From an uncultured cyanobacterium (GTDB taxonomy: Bacteria; Cyanobacteriota; Cyanobacteriia; PCC-6307; Cyanobiaceae), in contig CAVXWZ010000002.1 in NCBI GenBank assembly GCA_963765575.1, positions 288,001 to 352,000 of the forward strand: 64,000 nt of DNA, read 5' to 3'. The translations under genes and the position numbers were made by a program. Positions 48,201-58,724 of this stretch are shown here, piece after piece (position 1 is the stretch's first letter; each line of letters begins with the position of its first letter). The notes under the pieces were generated by a model. It was not told the origin of the DNA. It saw nothing but the letters and a program-made list of their open reading frames with translations, and ran no database searches.

Positions 48201-49643
48201 TCAGCCCACGGAACCCTCGAGCTTGAGGGCGAGCAACTTGTCGGCCTCGGCGGCGAACTCCATGGGCAGTTGGTTGAAGACGTCACGGCAGAAACCGCTG
48301 ACCATCATCGAAATCGCCTCTTCAAAGCCGATGCCGCGGCTCTGCAGATAGAAGAGCTGATCGGCGGAAATGCGGCAGGTGCTGGCCTCATGCTCGACGC
48401 TGGCCTGGGGCTGCTGCGAGCGAATGTAGGGATAGGTGTTGGCCGCAGCCTGATCACCGATCAGCATCGAGTCGCACTGGCTGTAGTTGCGGGCACCCAC
48501 CGCCTTGGGGCCGATCTGCACCAGGCCGCGGTAGCTGTTGGCTGAGTGACCGGCGCTGATTCCCTTGCTCACGATCGTGGAGCGGGTGCGGGGGCCCACA
48601 TGCACCATCTTGGTGCCCGTATCAGCCTGCTGGCGGTTGTTGGTGAGGGCTACGGAGTAGAACTCACCCACTGAATCAGCCCCCTGAAGCACGCAGCTGG
48701 GGTATTTCCAGGTGATGGCCGAACCGGTTTCCACCTGGGTCCAGCTGATCCGGCTGCGGTCGCCACGACAGTGGCCGCGTTTGGTCACGAAATTGTAGAT
48801 ACCACCGACACCATTTTCATCACCGGCGTACCAGTTCTGAACAGTGGAGTACTTGATCGAGGCATCCTCCAAGGCCACCAGTTCCACCACGGCCGCATGC
48901 AGCTGGTTGGTATCGAACATCGGTGCTGTGCAACCCTCGAGATAGCTCACCGTGGAGCCCTCTTCAGCAATGATGAGCGTGCGCTCAAACTGACCGGTAT
49001 CGCCAGAATTGATGCGGAAGTAGGTGGAGAGCTCCATCGGGCAGGCCACGCCCTTGGGGATGAAGACGAAGGAGCCGTCGCTGAACACGGCGGAATTGAG
49101 CGCCGAAAAATAGTTGTCGTTTCCCGGCACCACGCTGCCCAGATAACGCTCCACCAGCTCCGGATAGTCCTTCACGGCTTCGCTGATGGAGCAGAAGATC
49201 ACGCCATGCTCCGCCAGCTGTTCACGGAAGGTGGTGGCAATGGAAACACTGTCGAACACCGCATCAACGGCCACATTGGAGAGCCGCTTCTGCTCATTCA
49301 GCGGGATGCCGAGCTTGTCGAAGGTTTCCAGCAGTTTGGGATCAACTTCATCCAGGCTGGTCTTTTTCTCCTGCTGCTTGGGTGCTGCGTAATAGATGAT
49401 CTCCTGATAATCAATGGCCGGATAGCCCAGGGTGGCCCAGTCGGGTTCCTCCATCTGGAGCCATTGCCGGTAGGCCCGCAGGCGGAAATCGAGCAGGAAG
49501 GCCGGTTCATCCTTCATGGAGGAGATGAGGCGAACGACCTCCTCACTCAGCCCCTTGGCGATCTTGTCTGTTTCGATGTCGGTGACAAAGCCGTACTTGT
49601 ACGGCTGGGAAACCAGATCACTAACGGTGGCTGTGCTGCTCAT
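48201..49643 (-). CDS. sufB: Fe-S cluster assembly protein SufB
   Basis: [48 protein letters not shown]. Confidence 0.98.
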   Translation of the reverse strand: MSSTATVSDLVSQPYKYGFVTDIETDKIAKGLSEEVVRLISSMKDEPAFLLDFRLRAYRQWLQMEEPDWATLGYPAIDYQEIIYYAAPKQQEKKTSLDEVDPKLLETFDKLGIPLNEQKRLSNVAVDAVFDSVSIATTFREQLAEHGVIFCSISEAVKDYPELVERYLGSVVPGNDNYFSALNSAVFSDGSFVFIPKGVACPMELSTYFRINSGDTGQFERTLIIAEEGSTVSYLEGCTAPMFDTNQLHAAVVELVALEDASIKYSTVQNWYAGDENGVGGIYNFVTKRGHCRGDRSRISWTQVETGSAITWKYPSCVLQGADSVGEFYSVALTNNRQQADTGTKMVHVGPRTRSTIVSKGISAGHSANSYRGLVQIGPKAVGARNYSQCDSMLIGDQAAANTYPYIRSQQPQASVEHEASTCRISADQLFYLQSRGIGFEEAISMMVSGFCRDVFNQLPMEFAAEADKLLALKLEGSVG

Positions 49644-49683
49644 GGTGGAGGGGTGAAGCGGTGATGGAGGGCGCAAAAGAGGC

Positions 49684-50085
49684 TCAGCCGCCGGCAATGG
49701 CGGCCTGGATCTCTTCGTCGGTGATGGTCTGCTTCTCGCCGCGGAAAGGGTTGTCCTCGGTGAGGAAGAGCATGCAGTGGCATTCCTTGCGCTCCCGCAT
49801 GGGCACACAGGGGCAGTTCCAGAAAGCTTGAGAGACCTCGGCCTCCTTGTCCTCGTAGTGGCGGCAGGGGCATAGGGCTCCTCCGAGCTCCTCCTTGTGC
49901 CGCGCCAACCCTTCGAGCACCACCGCCGTGACGCCGGGATCACTGCAGAAGTACGTGCCCGTGCGCTGGGCATAGGTCTCGGCGAACTTCTTGATCACCG
50001 CGAGACTTTCAGCGCTCGGCGAGGAACTGGCGGCAGCTCCGGCGTCGCTGGTGGAATTGGCGCTGGTGGCGTTGGTGTCGGGCAT
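49684..50085 (-). CDS. ftrC: Ferredoxin-thioredoxin reductase catalytic subunit
   Basis: [23 protein letters not shown]. Confidence 0.96.
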   Translation of the reverse strand: MPDTNATSANSTSDAGAAASSSPSAESLAVIKKFAETYAQRTGTYFCSDPGVTAVVLEGLARHKEELGGALCPCRHYEDKEAEVSQAFWNCPCVPMRERKECHCMLFLTEDNPFRGEKQTITDEEIQAAIAGG

Positions 50086-50382
50086 AGCGGCTGGAGATCG
50101 GCACAGCAGTGGGAAAAACCAACCCTGAGCGCTGCTGGACACCGATCATGGACCGGAAGCCGGGCTGGTTGGCGGGTGGCGACGGCGGTCCGGGACGGGC
50201 GGCAGAGGGGTCGCGATCCGGCGGCTCTTGATCCGTCAGCGTTGGCACAAGCTTCACAGCAGCGGCGGCACTGAGGTCCGTACTGAAGGGAGAGAGCCTT
50301 TACGGGCGGCGCCCGAAAGCGCGTCGCCGATGCAGCCGATGGGTCATGGATCGAGTCGCGCTGGCTCGCGCTGGTCGAGTTG

Positions 50383-50400
50383 CGAAACCATGGGGTTTCG
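50383..50400. promoter_or_regulatory. Inverted repeat, candidate SufR operator
   Basis: CGAAACC-ATGG-GGTTTCG (AAAC-N6-GTTT, resembling the CAAC-N6-GTTG SufR site) between divergent sufR and ftrC-sufBCDS, next to a minus-strand TAGGGT at 50415-50410. Confidence 0.6.
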
Positions 50401-50572
50401 TTATTGACAACCCTAGGGCAAGGGTCCCGGAGTTGGGTCTGCGATCATTGTGGCGCTCCAGCCCCGGGCCGGCCGCCGCCGGCCCCTCGGGCCGCGGGGC
50501 CAGTCGCCGCCGCGGCAACGAATCCCCAACGGCCGCACCCGCGTGGCATGGTGAATTGGCCAGATTCGGGCC

Positions 50573-51412
50573 ATGGGTACGCACTCCGCCACTCTTGCGA
50601 GCGACCTTGTGGCCGCCCCCGCTGCTGAGGCCGCTGCCGCCCCCGCTGCTGAGACCCCGGCCGCCCATGGTGCTGCCGGTGCGCCGGTTGCCCCTGCTCA
50701 GCCGGCTGCTCCCGCTCAGCCAGCTGCAGCCCCCAGTCCCGCCAAGTCTGCCGCCCACGCCACCCCCACCCGCGAGGCGGTGCTCTCGCTGTTGCTGCGC
50801 CGCGGTGACATCACCGCGGCCGAGCTCTCGCAGTCGCTCGGCGTGTCGGTGCAGGCCATGCGCCGCCATCTCCGCAGCCTCGAGGATGCCGGCCTCGTCG
50901 AAGCCAGCAGTGCCACCCAGGGCCCTGGCCGGCCCAGCAACCGCTGGCAACTCACCGCCAAAGCCCAGGACCAGTTCCCGGACGGCAGCGAGGACTTCGC
51001 CCTCGGCCTGCTCGAATCCATGGTCGGCGTGCTGCCGGCGGACACCATCCAGCAGCTGCTCACCCAGCAGGCCCACCAGAAAGCAGTCACCTATCAGACA
51101 CACATCGGCCCGGGCACCCTGCACCAGCGCCTGCAGCGGCTCGTGGAGTTGCGCTGCCTCGAGGGCTTCGTGTCCGAATGCAGCCCGGATCCGCAGGGCA
51201 ACGGCTGGCTGCTGCGTGAATTTCACTGCTCGGTGATGCGCATCGCCGAGCAGTTCCCCTGTGTCTGTGACCAGGAGCTCCGGCTCATTCGTCAGACCTT
51301 TCCCGACTGCCAGGTGGACCGGGTGCATTGGCGGCTGGAGAAGGGCCATTCCTGCGGCTTCCAGTTGCGGCCCATCGCCGCTGCCGCTGGTCCCGAGCCA
51401 GCGTCCGTCTGA
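50573..51412 (+). CDS. sufR: Fe-S cluster biosynthesis transcriptional regulator SufR
   Basis: HTH AMRRHLRSLE..GRP...W.LT, Cys cluster EFHC...VCDQEL...SCGF; divergent from the suf operon; start uncertain. Confidence 0.93.
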   Translation: MGTHSATLASDLVAAPAAEAAAAPAAETPAAHGAAGAPVAPAQPAAPAQPAAAPSPAKSAAHATPTREAVLSLLLRRGDITAAELSQSLGVSVQAMRRHLRSLEDAGLVEASSATQGPGRPSNRWQLTAKAQDQFPDGSEDFALGLLESMVGVLPADTIQQLLTQQAHQKAVTYQTHIGPGTLHQRLQRLVELRCLEGFVSECSPDPQGNGWLLREFHCSVMRIAEQFPCVCDQELRLIRQTFPDCQVDRVHWRLEKGHSCGFQLRPIAAAAGPEPASV

Positions 51413-51416
51413 GGCG

Positions 51417-51800
51417 ATGCAGGCTGATCCCCCGGCAGGCGCCGAGCCCCTGGCAGGCCCTCTCACCCCGGCCGAAGTACAGGAGCTCGACTCCATTCTG
51501 CTGCCGGCCCTGGAGCGTCACCACCTGCGGCTTCTGGCCCATGGCCTGCGCAGCCTGCAGTCGGCCGCCGGCCGCCGCCATGGCGCCCTGCCCGAGCAGG
51601 AGCAACTGCAGGGCTGGGTGCTGAGCCAGCCGCAGGCCGCCGGCGCGCCGGATTTCGCCCAGGCGTTCCTGGTTCAATTGCAGAGCCTGGCCGCCCAGCT
51701 GGAGGCCATCGCCGCCACCCAACCGTGCGCCCCCCTGGCCTTGCGCCTCGATCAGTTGACCCAATGGGCCCGCAGCCAGGCCGATCAGCGACTCGGCTGA
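51417..51800 (+). CDS. Hypothetical protein
   Basis: LLPALERHHLRLLAHGLRS; starts 4 bp after sufR; host-like codon usage. Confidence 0.7.
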   Translation: MQADPPAGAEPLAGPLTPAEVQELDSILLPALERHHLRLLAHGLRSLQSAAGRRHGALPEQEQLQGWVLSQPQAAGAPDFAQAFLVQLQSLAAQLEAIAATQPCAPLALRLDQLTQWARSQADQRLG

Positions 51801-51832
51801 GCGGGCGGCCGTGGGCGTTCCGGCGCTGGCCA

Positions 51833-52735
51833 TCAGCGCACCAGCAGCACCACCCCCAGCAGCCCCAGACAGGCCGCCAGCCACCCCCGCGGGCCAGGGC
51901 GGTCCCCTTCCAACGGTGCCAGCAGCACGGCCATCAAGGGGGCCGTGGCGAGCAGTGACACCGCCAGGCCCACCGGCAGGCGCAGCAGGGCGAGCTGCTG
52001 CAGGGCAATCCCTGCGGTGGTGCCCAGCAGGGTGGCGGCAAGCACCAGCGGCCATCGGCGGCCGACGGGGCTGGGGCCGACGCGCCGCAGGGCCGGGGTG
52101 AGCAGGCTGGGCAGCAGCGGCAGCAACACCAGGCAAGCCCCCACCAGCCGCAGGCTGGAGGCCTGCAGGGGCGAGATTGGCTGCAGGCGCAGCGCCGCCC
52201 GGGCCAGCAGGGCCCCCGCGCTGCCACAGACCAGGGCCAGCAGCGCCAGCACCAGCCCCTGGCCCTGGCGACCGGGCGCGTCCAGGCCGGCGGGCGCGCC
52301 GGGAGGGGCGAGCCGGGGTGGCGGCTGCAGCGCCACCAGCAGCAGCGCCAGGCTCACCAGCACCATGCCCGCCCATTGCCGGGCTGACGGCAGCTCCGCC
52401 AGCAGCAGCGCACCGGCAGCACTGGTCAGCGCCGGTCCGCCAGCCTCAACGGTGAGGGTGCGGCGGGTACCCAGCCGGCGCAGCGCGGCGAAGTAGAAGC
52501 TGTCCCCGGCGGCGATCCCCGCCACCCCGCTCACCAGCAACAGGGCCAACGGCAGGGGTGCCACGGCCGGCAGGGCGAGGGCCAGCAGCGGCAGCTGCAA
52601 GGTCAGGGCGATGAGGTTCTTGAGCAGGTTCAGCTGGGCCGGCCCCAGGGAGGTGGGCAGTCGCCGCCAAAGGCCGCTGGCCAGGGTCCAGCCCAGGGCA
52701 GCCAGCAGGGCCGCCGCCACCCCCGTCGCCACCAC
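51833..52735 (-). CDS. DMT/EamA family transporter
   Basis: About ten TM segments in two repeats; SGVAGIAAGDSFYFAALRRLG. Confidence 0.9.
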   Translation of the reverse strand: MVATGVAAALLAALGWTLASGLWRRLPTSLGPAQLNLLKNLIALTLQLPLLALALPAVAPLPLALLLVSGVAGIAAGDSFYFAALRRLGTRRTLTVEAGGPALTSAAGALLLAELPSARQWAGMVLVSLALLLVALQPPPRLAPPGAPAGLDAPGRQGQGLVLALLALVCGSAGALLARAALRLQPISPLQASSLRLVGACLVLLPLLPSLLTPALRRVGPSPVGRRWPLVLAATLLGTTAGIALQQLALLRLPVGLAVSLLATAPLMAVLLAPLEGDRPGPRGWLAACLGLLGVVLLVR

Positions 52736-52781
52736 AAACCCCCCAGCGCCCTGCGATCATCGCCATAGACGCCCCCCTGCC

Positions 52782-53393
52782 GTGTCCGAGCCGATCGCCG
52801 ACGCCATCAGCTTCTTCCGGCTCAGCTGCGGTCGCTGGCGGTCCCAGCGCAGCAGCCACCATCTGCTGCACCGCCGGGCCGAGGCCGGCGGCTCCTGGAT
52901 TGAGGTGGTGGAACTGGGCGCGGACGATCCCCGCCTGACCGCCATCGCCGCGCTGCATGGCCAGGATCCGGCGGCCATGGTGGGCGGCTGCCGGGTCACC
53001 TGGAGTGCCTCGATGGCCTGGGACAAGGCGGGGGAGGCTCACCAGGGCGACAGCGTGTTCGCCCTGATCCCCACCGATGGGGCGGGCCGGGAGGGCCTGC
53101 TGCTGCGCGACCGGGGCTACGCCGAAACCGCACCGGTGGCCGGGCACTTCGCCATGGATGAGCGCGACGGACTGCTGCTCACCACCAGCTACGAAACCAT
53201 GAACAGCCTGGAGCGCTTCAGCTTCGCCGGACCCGACGTGCGCCTGCGCACCAGCACCGTCGAGGGCCTCTCGAACACGGCCTCGTTCTGCGTCGAGACC
53301 CGGGTGCTGGAGGGGCAGGCGGCCGGGGACGGGCGCCCCCCAAGCCAGGCTGCGGCCGAGGGCGGAGCAGCGCTGTCGCCCCTGGGCTGGTGA
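52782..53393 (+). CDS. cpcS: CpcS/CpeS-type phycobiliprotein lyase
   Basis: FF..S.GRWRSQRSSHHL, LLRDRGYAE, ERFSF...RLRTS, ASFCVETR; upstream of cpcG. Confidence 0.88.
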   Translation: MSEPIADAISFFRLSCGRWRSQRSSHHLLHRRAEAGGSWIEVVELGADDPRLTAIAALHGQDPAAMVGGCRVTWSASMAWDKAGEAHQGDSVFALIPTDGAGREGLLLRDRGYAETAPVAGHFAMDERDGLLLTTSYETMNSLERFSFAGPDVRLRTSTVEGLSNTASFCVETRVLEGQAAGDGRPPSQAAAEGGAALSPLGW

Positions 53394-53500
53394 GTCCAGG
53401 ACGTTGGTGGCGAACGTTACGGACTGTGAGCCCTGCCGCCAAGCCGTCTGTGGCGCCCAGGCCACACTTCTACGATCCCTGCGACGGATGCTGAAGACGT

Positions 53501-54259
53501 GTGGCCCTGCCTCTCCTGAAGTACGCCCCCATCACCCAGAACGCCAGGGTTGACGCCCTGCGGGTGGGCTCGGATGAGGACCCCAAGGCCTCGTCCATGG
53601 ACAAGGCCATGGACCGGGAAGATCAGAACTTTGTGATTGAAGCGGCTTACCGCCAGATCTTCTTCCACGCGTTCAAGGTTGACCGCGACCGCACCCTGGA
53701 GTCGCAGCTGCGCGACGGGCAGATCAGCGTGCGGGATTTCATCCGCTCCCTCTGCCTGTCGGACACCTTCAACCGCAGCTTCTACAACCTCAACAGCAAC
53801 TACAAGGTGGCCCGCCACCTGGTGGAAAAGCTGCTTGGTCGCAAGACCCACGGCAAAGCCGAGGAGATCGCCTGGTCCGCCGTGCTGATGACCCGCGGGG
53901 TCAAGGGCATGGTCGACGACATCCTCGACAGCGAGGAGTACCTCGGGGCCTTCGGCTACGACACCGTGCCCTTCCACCGCAATCGGGTGGTGGGCAGCCG
54001 GGATCTCGGTGACACCCCCTTCAACATCACCAGCCCCCGCTACGACGCCTACTTCCGCAACATCCTGGGCTTCCCCCAGGTGGTGTACACCGGCTCCGCC
54101 CGCAAGTTCCCGGAGCGGGCCCGCCAGCGCCGTGGCGGCGCCCCCGAGGACTATCTCGACTGGGTGCGCGCCATGCCCGCCATGCGCGCCAGCAGTGCCT
54201 CCTCCAGTGCCAACGTCGACTACATGGCCCGGGTGCCCTATCGCAGCATCGGCCGCTGA
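53501..54259 (+). CDS. cpcG: Phycobilisome rod-core linker CpcG
   Basis: MALPLLKYAP.TQNARV, AAYRQIF, LESQLR.G.I.VRDFIR, PFNITSPRY. Confidence 0.95.
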   Translation: MALPLLKYAPITQNARVDALRVGSDEDPKASSMDKAMDREDQNFVIEAAYRQIFFHAFKVDRDRTLESQLRDGQISVRDFIRSLCLSDTFNRSFYNLNSNYKVARHLVEKLLGRKTHGKAEEIAWSAVLMTRGVKGMVDDILDSEEYLGAFGYDTVPFHRNRVVGSRDLGDTPFNITSPRYDAYFRNILGFPQVVYTGSARKFPERARQRRGGAPEDYLDWVRAMPAMRASSASSSANVDYMARVPYRSIGR

Positions 54260-54284
54260 ACCCCAGCACAGCCCAAAACCCCGC

Positions 54285-54309
54285 AGGCGACCCTGAGGTC
54301 GCCTTTTTT
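54285..54309 (+). terminator. Intrinsic terminator after cpcG
   Basis: AGGCGACC-CTGA-GGTCGCCT followed by TTTTT. Confidence 0.85.
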
Positions 54310-54419
54310 CATGCCGTCTGCGCCCCCGGTCGGCGTCAGTGCTTGCTGACCACCCGAGCCCGCCACCGCGCCAGGGGTGACAAAGTCATGCGCCCTGATC
54401 CCAAAGGAAAAGTTTCGCC

Positions 54420-55537
54420 GTGGCTAAGTCACTCGGATCGTTGGCACGCATGACCCTGCGGCAGCTGCGTCAGGTTGCCAGCGATCTCGGTGTGGGCCTG
54501 TACAGCCGCAAATCGAAGGACCAGCTGGTCGCCGCGATCGGGGATCGCAACGAGGAGGAGATCAGCCAGCCGACCCTCCAGGCCCCAAACCTCCAGGCCA
54601 TGGAGACGGAGATGGAGCCTGCCCCCAGGCCGGAGGCCGAAACCAACGTGGTGTTCCTGCCCCGCGATCCCCAGTGGGCCTACGTGTTCTGGGAGATCTC
54701 CGAAGACGACCGCGCTTCCGCCCAGTCCGCCGGGGCCACCCAGCTCTGCCTGCGGGTGGCCGACGTCACCGGACTGCCCGAGCGGCTCCGTTCACCCCCA
54801 CACCCTGCAGGAGGTGATCGTCGACAGCCATGCCACCGAGTGGTACCTGCCCGTACCGCTCAGCGACCGCGACTACCGAGTGGAACTGGGCTATCGCAAG
54901 GGCAGCTCCGGGGGCTGGATCACCCTCGCGTTCTCCTCGGTGGCCCGGGTGCCTGCCCTCCACCCCAGCGAGCAGATCCTCGATCAGTTCGTGCCCTTCT
55001 CCCTCGACAGCACGCCCGTCACCATCCCGGCCGCTGGGTCGGCTGCGGTTGCTTCCCCACCCACCGCAGCCGGGGATACGGGGCTCCACGAGCGCCTCTA
55101 CCAGACCGCAACGGCCCAGTGGCGGCGCATCAGCCGCGGGTCGGAGGCCTTCCACGAACTTGAAGGGGCCGGTCGCGACTCCACCAGTGAGCTGCACGCC
55201 TCCGGCATGCGGCCTCTGGGCCAGTGGCCGCGACTCCGGCATCGGCGGGGTTGAAGCCCGCCAGCGCTCCTTCTGGCTGGTGGCCGATGCCGAGCTGATC
55301 GTCTACGGGGCCACCGATCCCTCGGCCCGCCTCAGCATCGGCGGAGAGGACGTGCCCCTGTCGGCTGATGGCACCTTCCGGGTCCAGGTGCCGTTCCGCG
55401 ATGGCAAGCAGCTCTACCCGATCGAAGCGTTGGCCGCCGATGGTGTCCAGAAGCGCTCGATCACCCTGGAATTCAGCCGCACCACCCCTGAGGACAACAG
55501 CAACCCGGCGGAGAAGGCCGCCAGCGAGTGGTTCTGA
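54420..55537 (+). pseudogene. DUF4912-like protein with Rho-N-like N-terminus, two apparent +1 frameshifts (possibly assembly errors)
   Basis: TLRQLRQVA...SRKSKDQL and PRDPQWAYVFWE / EWYLPVP...YRVELGY / FWLVADAELIVYGATDP lie in three successive frames. Confidence 0.8.
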
Positions 55538-55538
55538 G

Positions 55539-55721
55539 ATGGGTCTCAAGCGAATCCTGGTGGCGGCCACCCCCCTTGCTGGTGCCCTGGCCTTCCCCCT
55601 TGCAGTGCCCCTGGTGATGCGCTCAGCCGGCTTGCCTGCCGCCGTGCTCACCGCCGTGGTGCTGGGCAGCGTCTGGTTTGCGGTGATGCTGCGCAGCGCC
55701 GAGATGCCCTCGCACAACTGA
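55539..55721 (+). CDS. Small two-TM hypothetical protein
   Basis: 60 aa hydrophobic ORF starting 1 nt after the DUF4912 stop. Confidence 0.7.
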   Translation: MGLKRILVAATPLAGALAFPLAVPLVMRSAGLPAAVLTAVVLGSVWFAVMLRSAEMPSHN

Positions 55722-55772
55722 GCCCAGGCGGCGTGGCAATGCTGTAGCCGCCCCCTGCCTGCAGCCACCGCC

Positions 55773-57140
55773 GTGGCCCTCAGTCGATCTCCCCTGGCCG
55801 GCATCCTGGCCCTGCTGCTCGCCAGCGGCTGCAGTGCCGAGGCCCGGCTTGAGGGCTCTCCGCCCGCCCGGCTGCCCCTGCCGGAGGGCATCGACGTGGC
55901 CTTCAACCACAACCCGGCCACGCGCTACCGCAGCCCCGTCCATGGCCGCTGGCGTCAGGGCGACAACCTGGAGGCCTTCCTGCTCTCGGCAATCTCTCAA
56001 GCCGAGCTGGAGATCCTGGTGGCCGTGCAGGATCTCAGCCTCAGCGAGGTCGCACGGGCCCTCGTGGCACGCCACCGCCAGGGCCTGCGCGTGCGGGTGG
56101 TGCTGGAGAACACTTACAGCACCCCGTGGAGCGATCTGCACCCAGCCGACCTCACCCCGCGGCAGCGGCAGCGGCGGCAGCAGCTTCAGGCCCTGGGGGG
56201 AGGGGATGCGGTGGCCATCCTCCGGGACGGCGGGGTGCCGATGATCGATGACACGGCCGATGGCAGCGCCGGCAGCGGCCTGATGCACCACAAGTTTGTG
56301 GTCATCGATGGGCGCGAGGTGATCACCGGCTCCAGCAACTTCACGGCCTCCGGCATGCACGGCGACCCCGATGACGCCAGCACGCGGGGCAACGTGAACC
56401 ACCTGCTACGGCTGCAGAGCCGCGAGCTGGCCGAGCTCTTCCGCCAGGAGTTCGAGCGGCTCTGGGGCGATGGCCCGGGGGGCGCCATGGACAGCCGTTT
56501 CGGCCTGGCCAAACAGAGCCAGGGGGTGCGCTGGGTGCGGGTGGGCAGCACCAGGGTGGGTGTGCTGTTCTCGCCCCACCGCTCCAGCGACGAACGCAAC
56601 GGCCTGCGGCTGCTGGAGCAGCTGCTCGAGGACGCCGGCAACCAGCTCGATCTGGCCCTGTTCGTGTTCTCCGACCAGCGCCTGGGCAACCTGGTGGGCG
56701 ACCTGCACGACCGGGGCGTGGACGTGCGCCTGCTCGCCGACCCCGGCTTCGCCAACCGTTTCTTCAGCGAGGTGCTCGACCTGCAGGGCCTGGAGCTGCC
56801 CGACCATCGCTGCATCGTCCAGGCCGGGAATCGTCCGCGGCGCCAGCCCCTGCCAGGGGTGGGCACGCCACGGCTTTCGGGCGGCGACAAGCTGCACCAC
56901 AAGCTGGCCGTGATCGATCGCCGCCGGGTGGTCACCGGCTCCTTCAACTGGAGCCCTTCTGCAGCACACACCAACGACGAAACCCTGTTGGTGATCGATT
57001 CCGCCACGCTGGCAGCCCACTTCGAAGCCGAGGTGGATCGGCTCTGGAGGGGGGCGGAACTGGGCATCACCGACCGCCTGCAGCGCAAGCAGGAGCGGAT
57101 GCGGGAGCGCTGCGGCAGTGGCCGCCGGGCAGCCTCCTAA
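55773..57140 (+). CDS. Phospholipase D-family protein (two HKD motifs), predicted lipoprotein; similar to cyanobacterial ComA-type competence proteins
   Basis: ASGC lipobox; MHHKFVVID...GSSN and LHHKLAVID...GSFN. Confidence 0.88.
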   Translation: MALSRSPLAGILALLLASGCSAEARLEGSPPARLPLPEGIDVAFNHNPATRYRSPVHGRWRQGDNLEAFLLSAISQAELEILVAVQDLSLSEVARALVARHRQGLRVRVVLENTYSTPWSDLHPADLTPRQRQRRQQLQALGGGDAVAILRDGGVPMIDDTADGSAGSGLMHHKFVVIDGREVITGSSNFTASGMHGDPDDASTRGNVNHLLRLQSRELAELFRQEFERLWGDGPGGAMDSRFGLAKQSQGVRWVRVGSTRVGVLFSPHRSSDERNGLRLLEQLLEDAGNQLDLALFVFSDQRLGNLVGDLHDRGVDVRLLADPGFANRFFSEVLDLQGLELPDHRCIVQAGNRPRRQPLPGVGTPRLSGGDKLHHKLAVIDRRRVVTGSFNWSPSAAHTNDETLLVIDSATLAAHFEAEVDRLWRGAELGITDRLQRKQERMRERCGSGRRAAS

Positions 57141-57166
57141 GATCCTCAATAGGGACCCCTGCACCG

Positions 57167-57409
57167 ATGCCCGCTCCGTCCGGATCCCACGAGCAGCTCG
57201 CCACGCTGGACGCGATTCAGCTGATGCTGCGCGATCTGCACACACGCCACGACGACATTCGCCACCGGGCCGCGTTCCGGGGCTGCACCAGCGAACTCCT
57301 CGACGTGCAGCAGGAGTTGGTGGACTACCTGCTGGCGAAAAAGGGTGAGCTGATGGGTCAGAACTGCCGCGACGGCCAGTCGCTCCCCAGCTACAGCGCC
57401 TATCTCTGA
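57167..57409 (+). CDS. Small hypothetical protein
   Basis: 80 aa helical ORF with host-like codon usage filling the intergenic gap. Confidence 0.55.
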   Translation: MPAPSGSHEQLATLDAIQLMLRDLHTRHDDIRHRAAFRGCTSELLDVQQELVDYLLAKKGELMGQNCRDGQSLPSYSAYL

Positions 57410-57452
57410 ATCGGCTCAGGACCACCAAGCAGCCGGCTCCGGCCTGCCGGTC

Positions 57453-58724
57453 GTGATCGTTGGCGCCGGCCCGGCCGGCGCCAGCCTGGCCCTGCGGCTG
57501 GCCCGCGCCGGGCGGGCCGTGACCCTGGTGGAGGCCGCAGACCTAGACGGTCTGGAACGCCAGTTCCGTGGCGAGGCCCTGATGCCCCATGGCCTCGCGG
57601 CCCTGGACGCCATGGGGCTGCTCCCCCTGCCGGCCGCCGTGCCCCAGCGCCCCCTGGCCGGCTGGCGGTTCGTGCTGGACAGGCGCGAGCTGTTCCGACT
57701 GGCCGAACCCCTGGAGCCATCGCCGGCAGCGTTGCCCTGCACCCTGATCAGCCAGCCAGCCCTGCTGCGCCACTGGCTCGAGGAGCTGGCGGAGCTGCCC
57801 TCGGCCCGGCTGCTGCTGGGCCAGCGGGTCACCGGCCTGCTGTGGGGCGATGGCCGGGTGCGGGGTGTGCAGCTGGCCGATGGACAGGACCTGGCCGCCC
57901 GCCTGGTGGTGGCGGCCGATGGCAGGGGGTCGCGGCTGCGGCAGCTGGCCGCACTGCCGTTGCTGCGGGCCGGCAGCCCCATCGACCTGCTCTGGTTCCG
58001 GCTGGAGGACCACGACCCCAGCCCCCTGGAGGGCTGGTTCACCACCGTGGTGGGCCCCGCAGGACTGTTCAGCGCCTTTGACAGTGCCGGCGGCGGCCTG
58101 CAGCTGGGCTGGGTGCTCGACCGCAGCACCAGCGGTGCCGGCCGCCAGGGGGCCGCGCCCGACCCGCAAGCCAGCCCCTGGGCCGAGCGCTTCGCCGCCC
58201 TCAGTCCGCCGCCGCTGGCCCGCTGGCTGCGCGCCTCAGCCGGGGGGCTGCAGGCGCCGGTGCCGCTGCGGGTGGAGGTGGGGCAGGCGGAGCGCTGGTG
58301 GCGACCGGGCCTGCTACTGCTGGGGGATGCCGCCCACCCCATGAGCCCGGTGCGGGCCCAGGGCATCAACCTGGCGCTGCGCGATGCCTGCAGCGCGGGG
58401 GAGGCCCTGGTGGCGGCGCTGCCCGCGGCGGGGCAGGGAGTGGCGGGGTTGGCAGGGCAGGCCCTCGACCGGGTGCTGGCGGAGATCGAAGCGCGCCGGA
58501 GGCCGGAGAGCGAAACACTCCAGCGGCTGCAGGCGGAGGAAACCCGGCGCGGCACGCTGCTGCGGCACCAGGGCTGGCTGCGGCGGGGGCTGGCCATGGC
58601 CGCGCCCTGGCTGGGGCCGCTGGTGGCCCAGCGCTGGCGCCGGCAGCAGGCCCCCCTGCGCCTCGGCATCACATCCCTGGCCGGGGACAGCGGCTCAGCT
58701 GGCTCTCCTGCCCAGCGGCAATGA
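57453..58724 (+). CDS. FAD-dependent oxidoreductase/monooxygenase
   Basis: GAGPAG, ADGRGS, LGDAAHPMSPVRAQGINLALRD. Confidence 0.92.
   Translation: MIVGAGPAGASLALRLARAGRAVTLVEAADLDGLERQFRGEALMPHGLAALDAMGLLPLPAAVPQRPLAGWRFVLDRRELFRLAEPLEPSPAALPCTLISQPALLRHWLEELAELPSARLLLGQRVTGLLWGDGRVRGVQLADGQDLAARLVVAADGRGSRLRQLAALPLLRAGSPIDLLWFRLEDHDPSPLEGWFTTVVGPAGLFSAFDSAGGGLQLGWVLDRSTSGAGRQGAAPDPQASPWAERFAALSPPPLARWLRASAGGLQAPVPLRVEVGQAERWWRPGLLLLGDAAHPMSPVRAQGINLALRDACSAGEALVAALPAAGQGVAGLAGQALDRVLAEIEARRRPESETLQRLQAEETRRGTLLRHQGWLRRGLAMAAPWLGPLVAQRWRRQQAPLRLGITSLAGDSGSAGSPAQRQ

Noticed and set aside
55773..57140. PLD protein as part of a defence system
   Set aside because: It has a lipoprotein signal, host-like composition and a core-gene neighbourhood, with no helicase or methylase partners.
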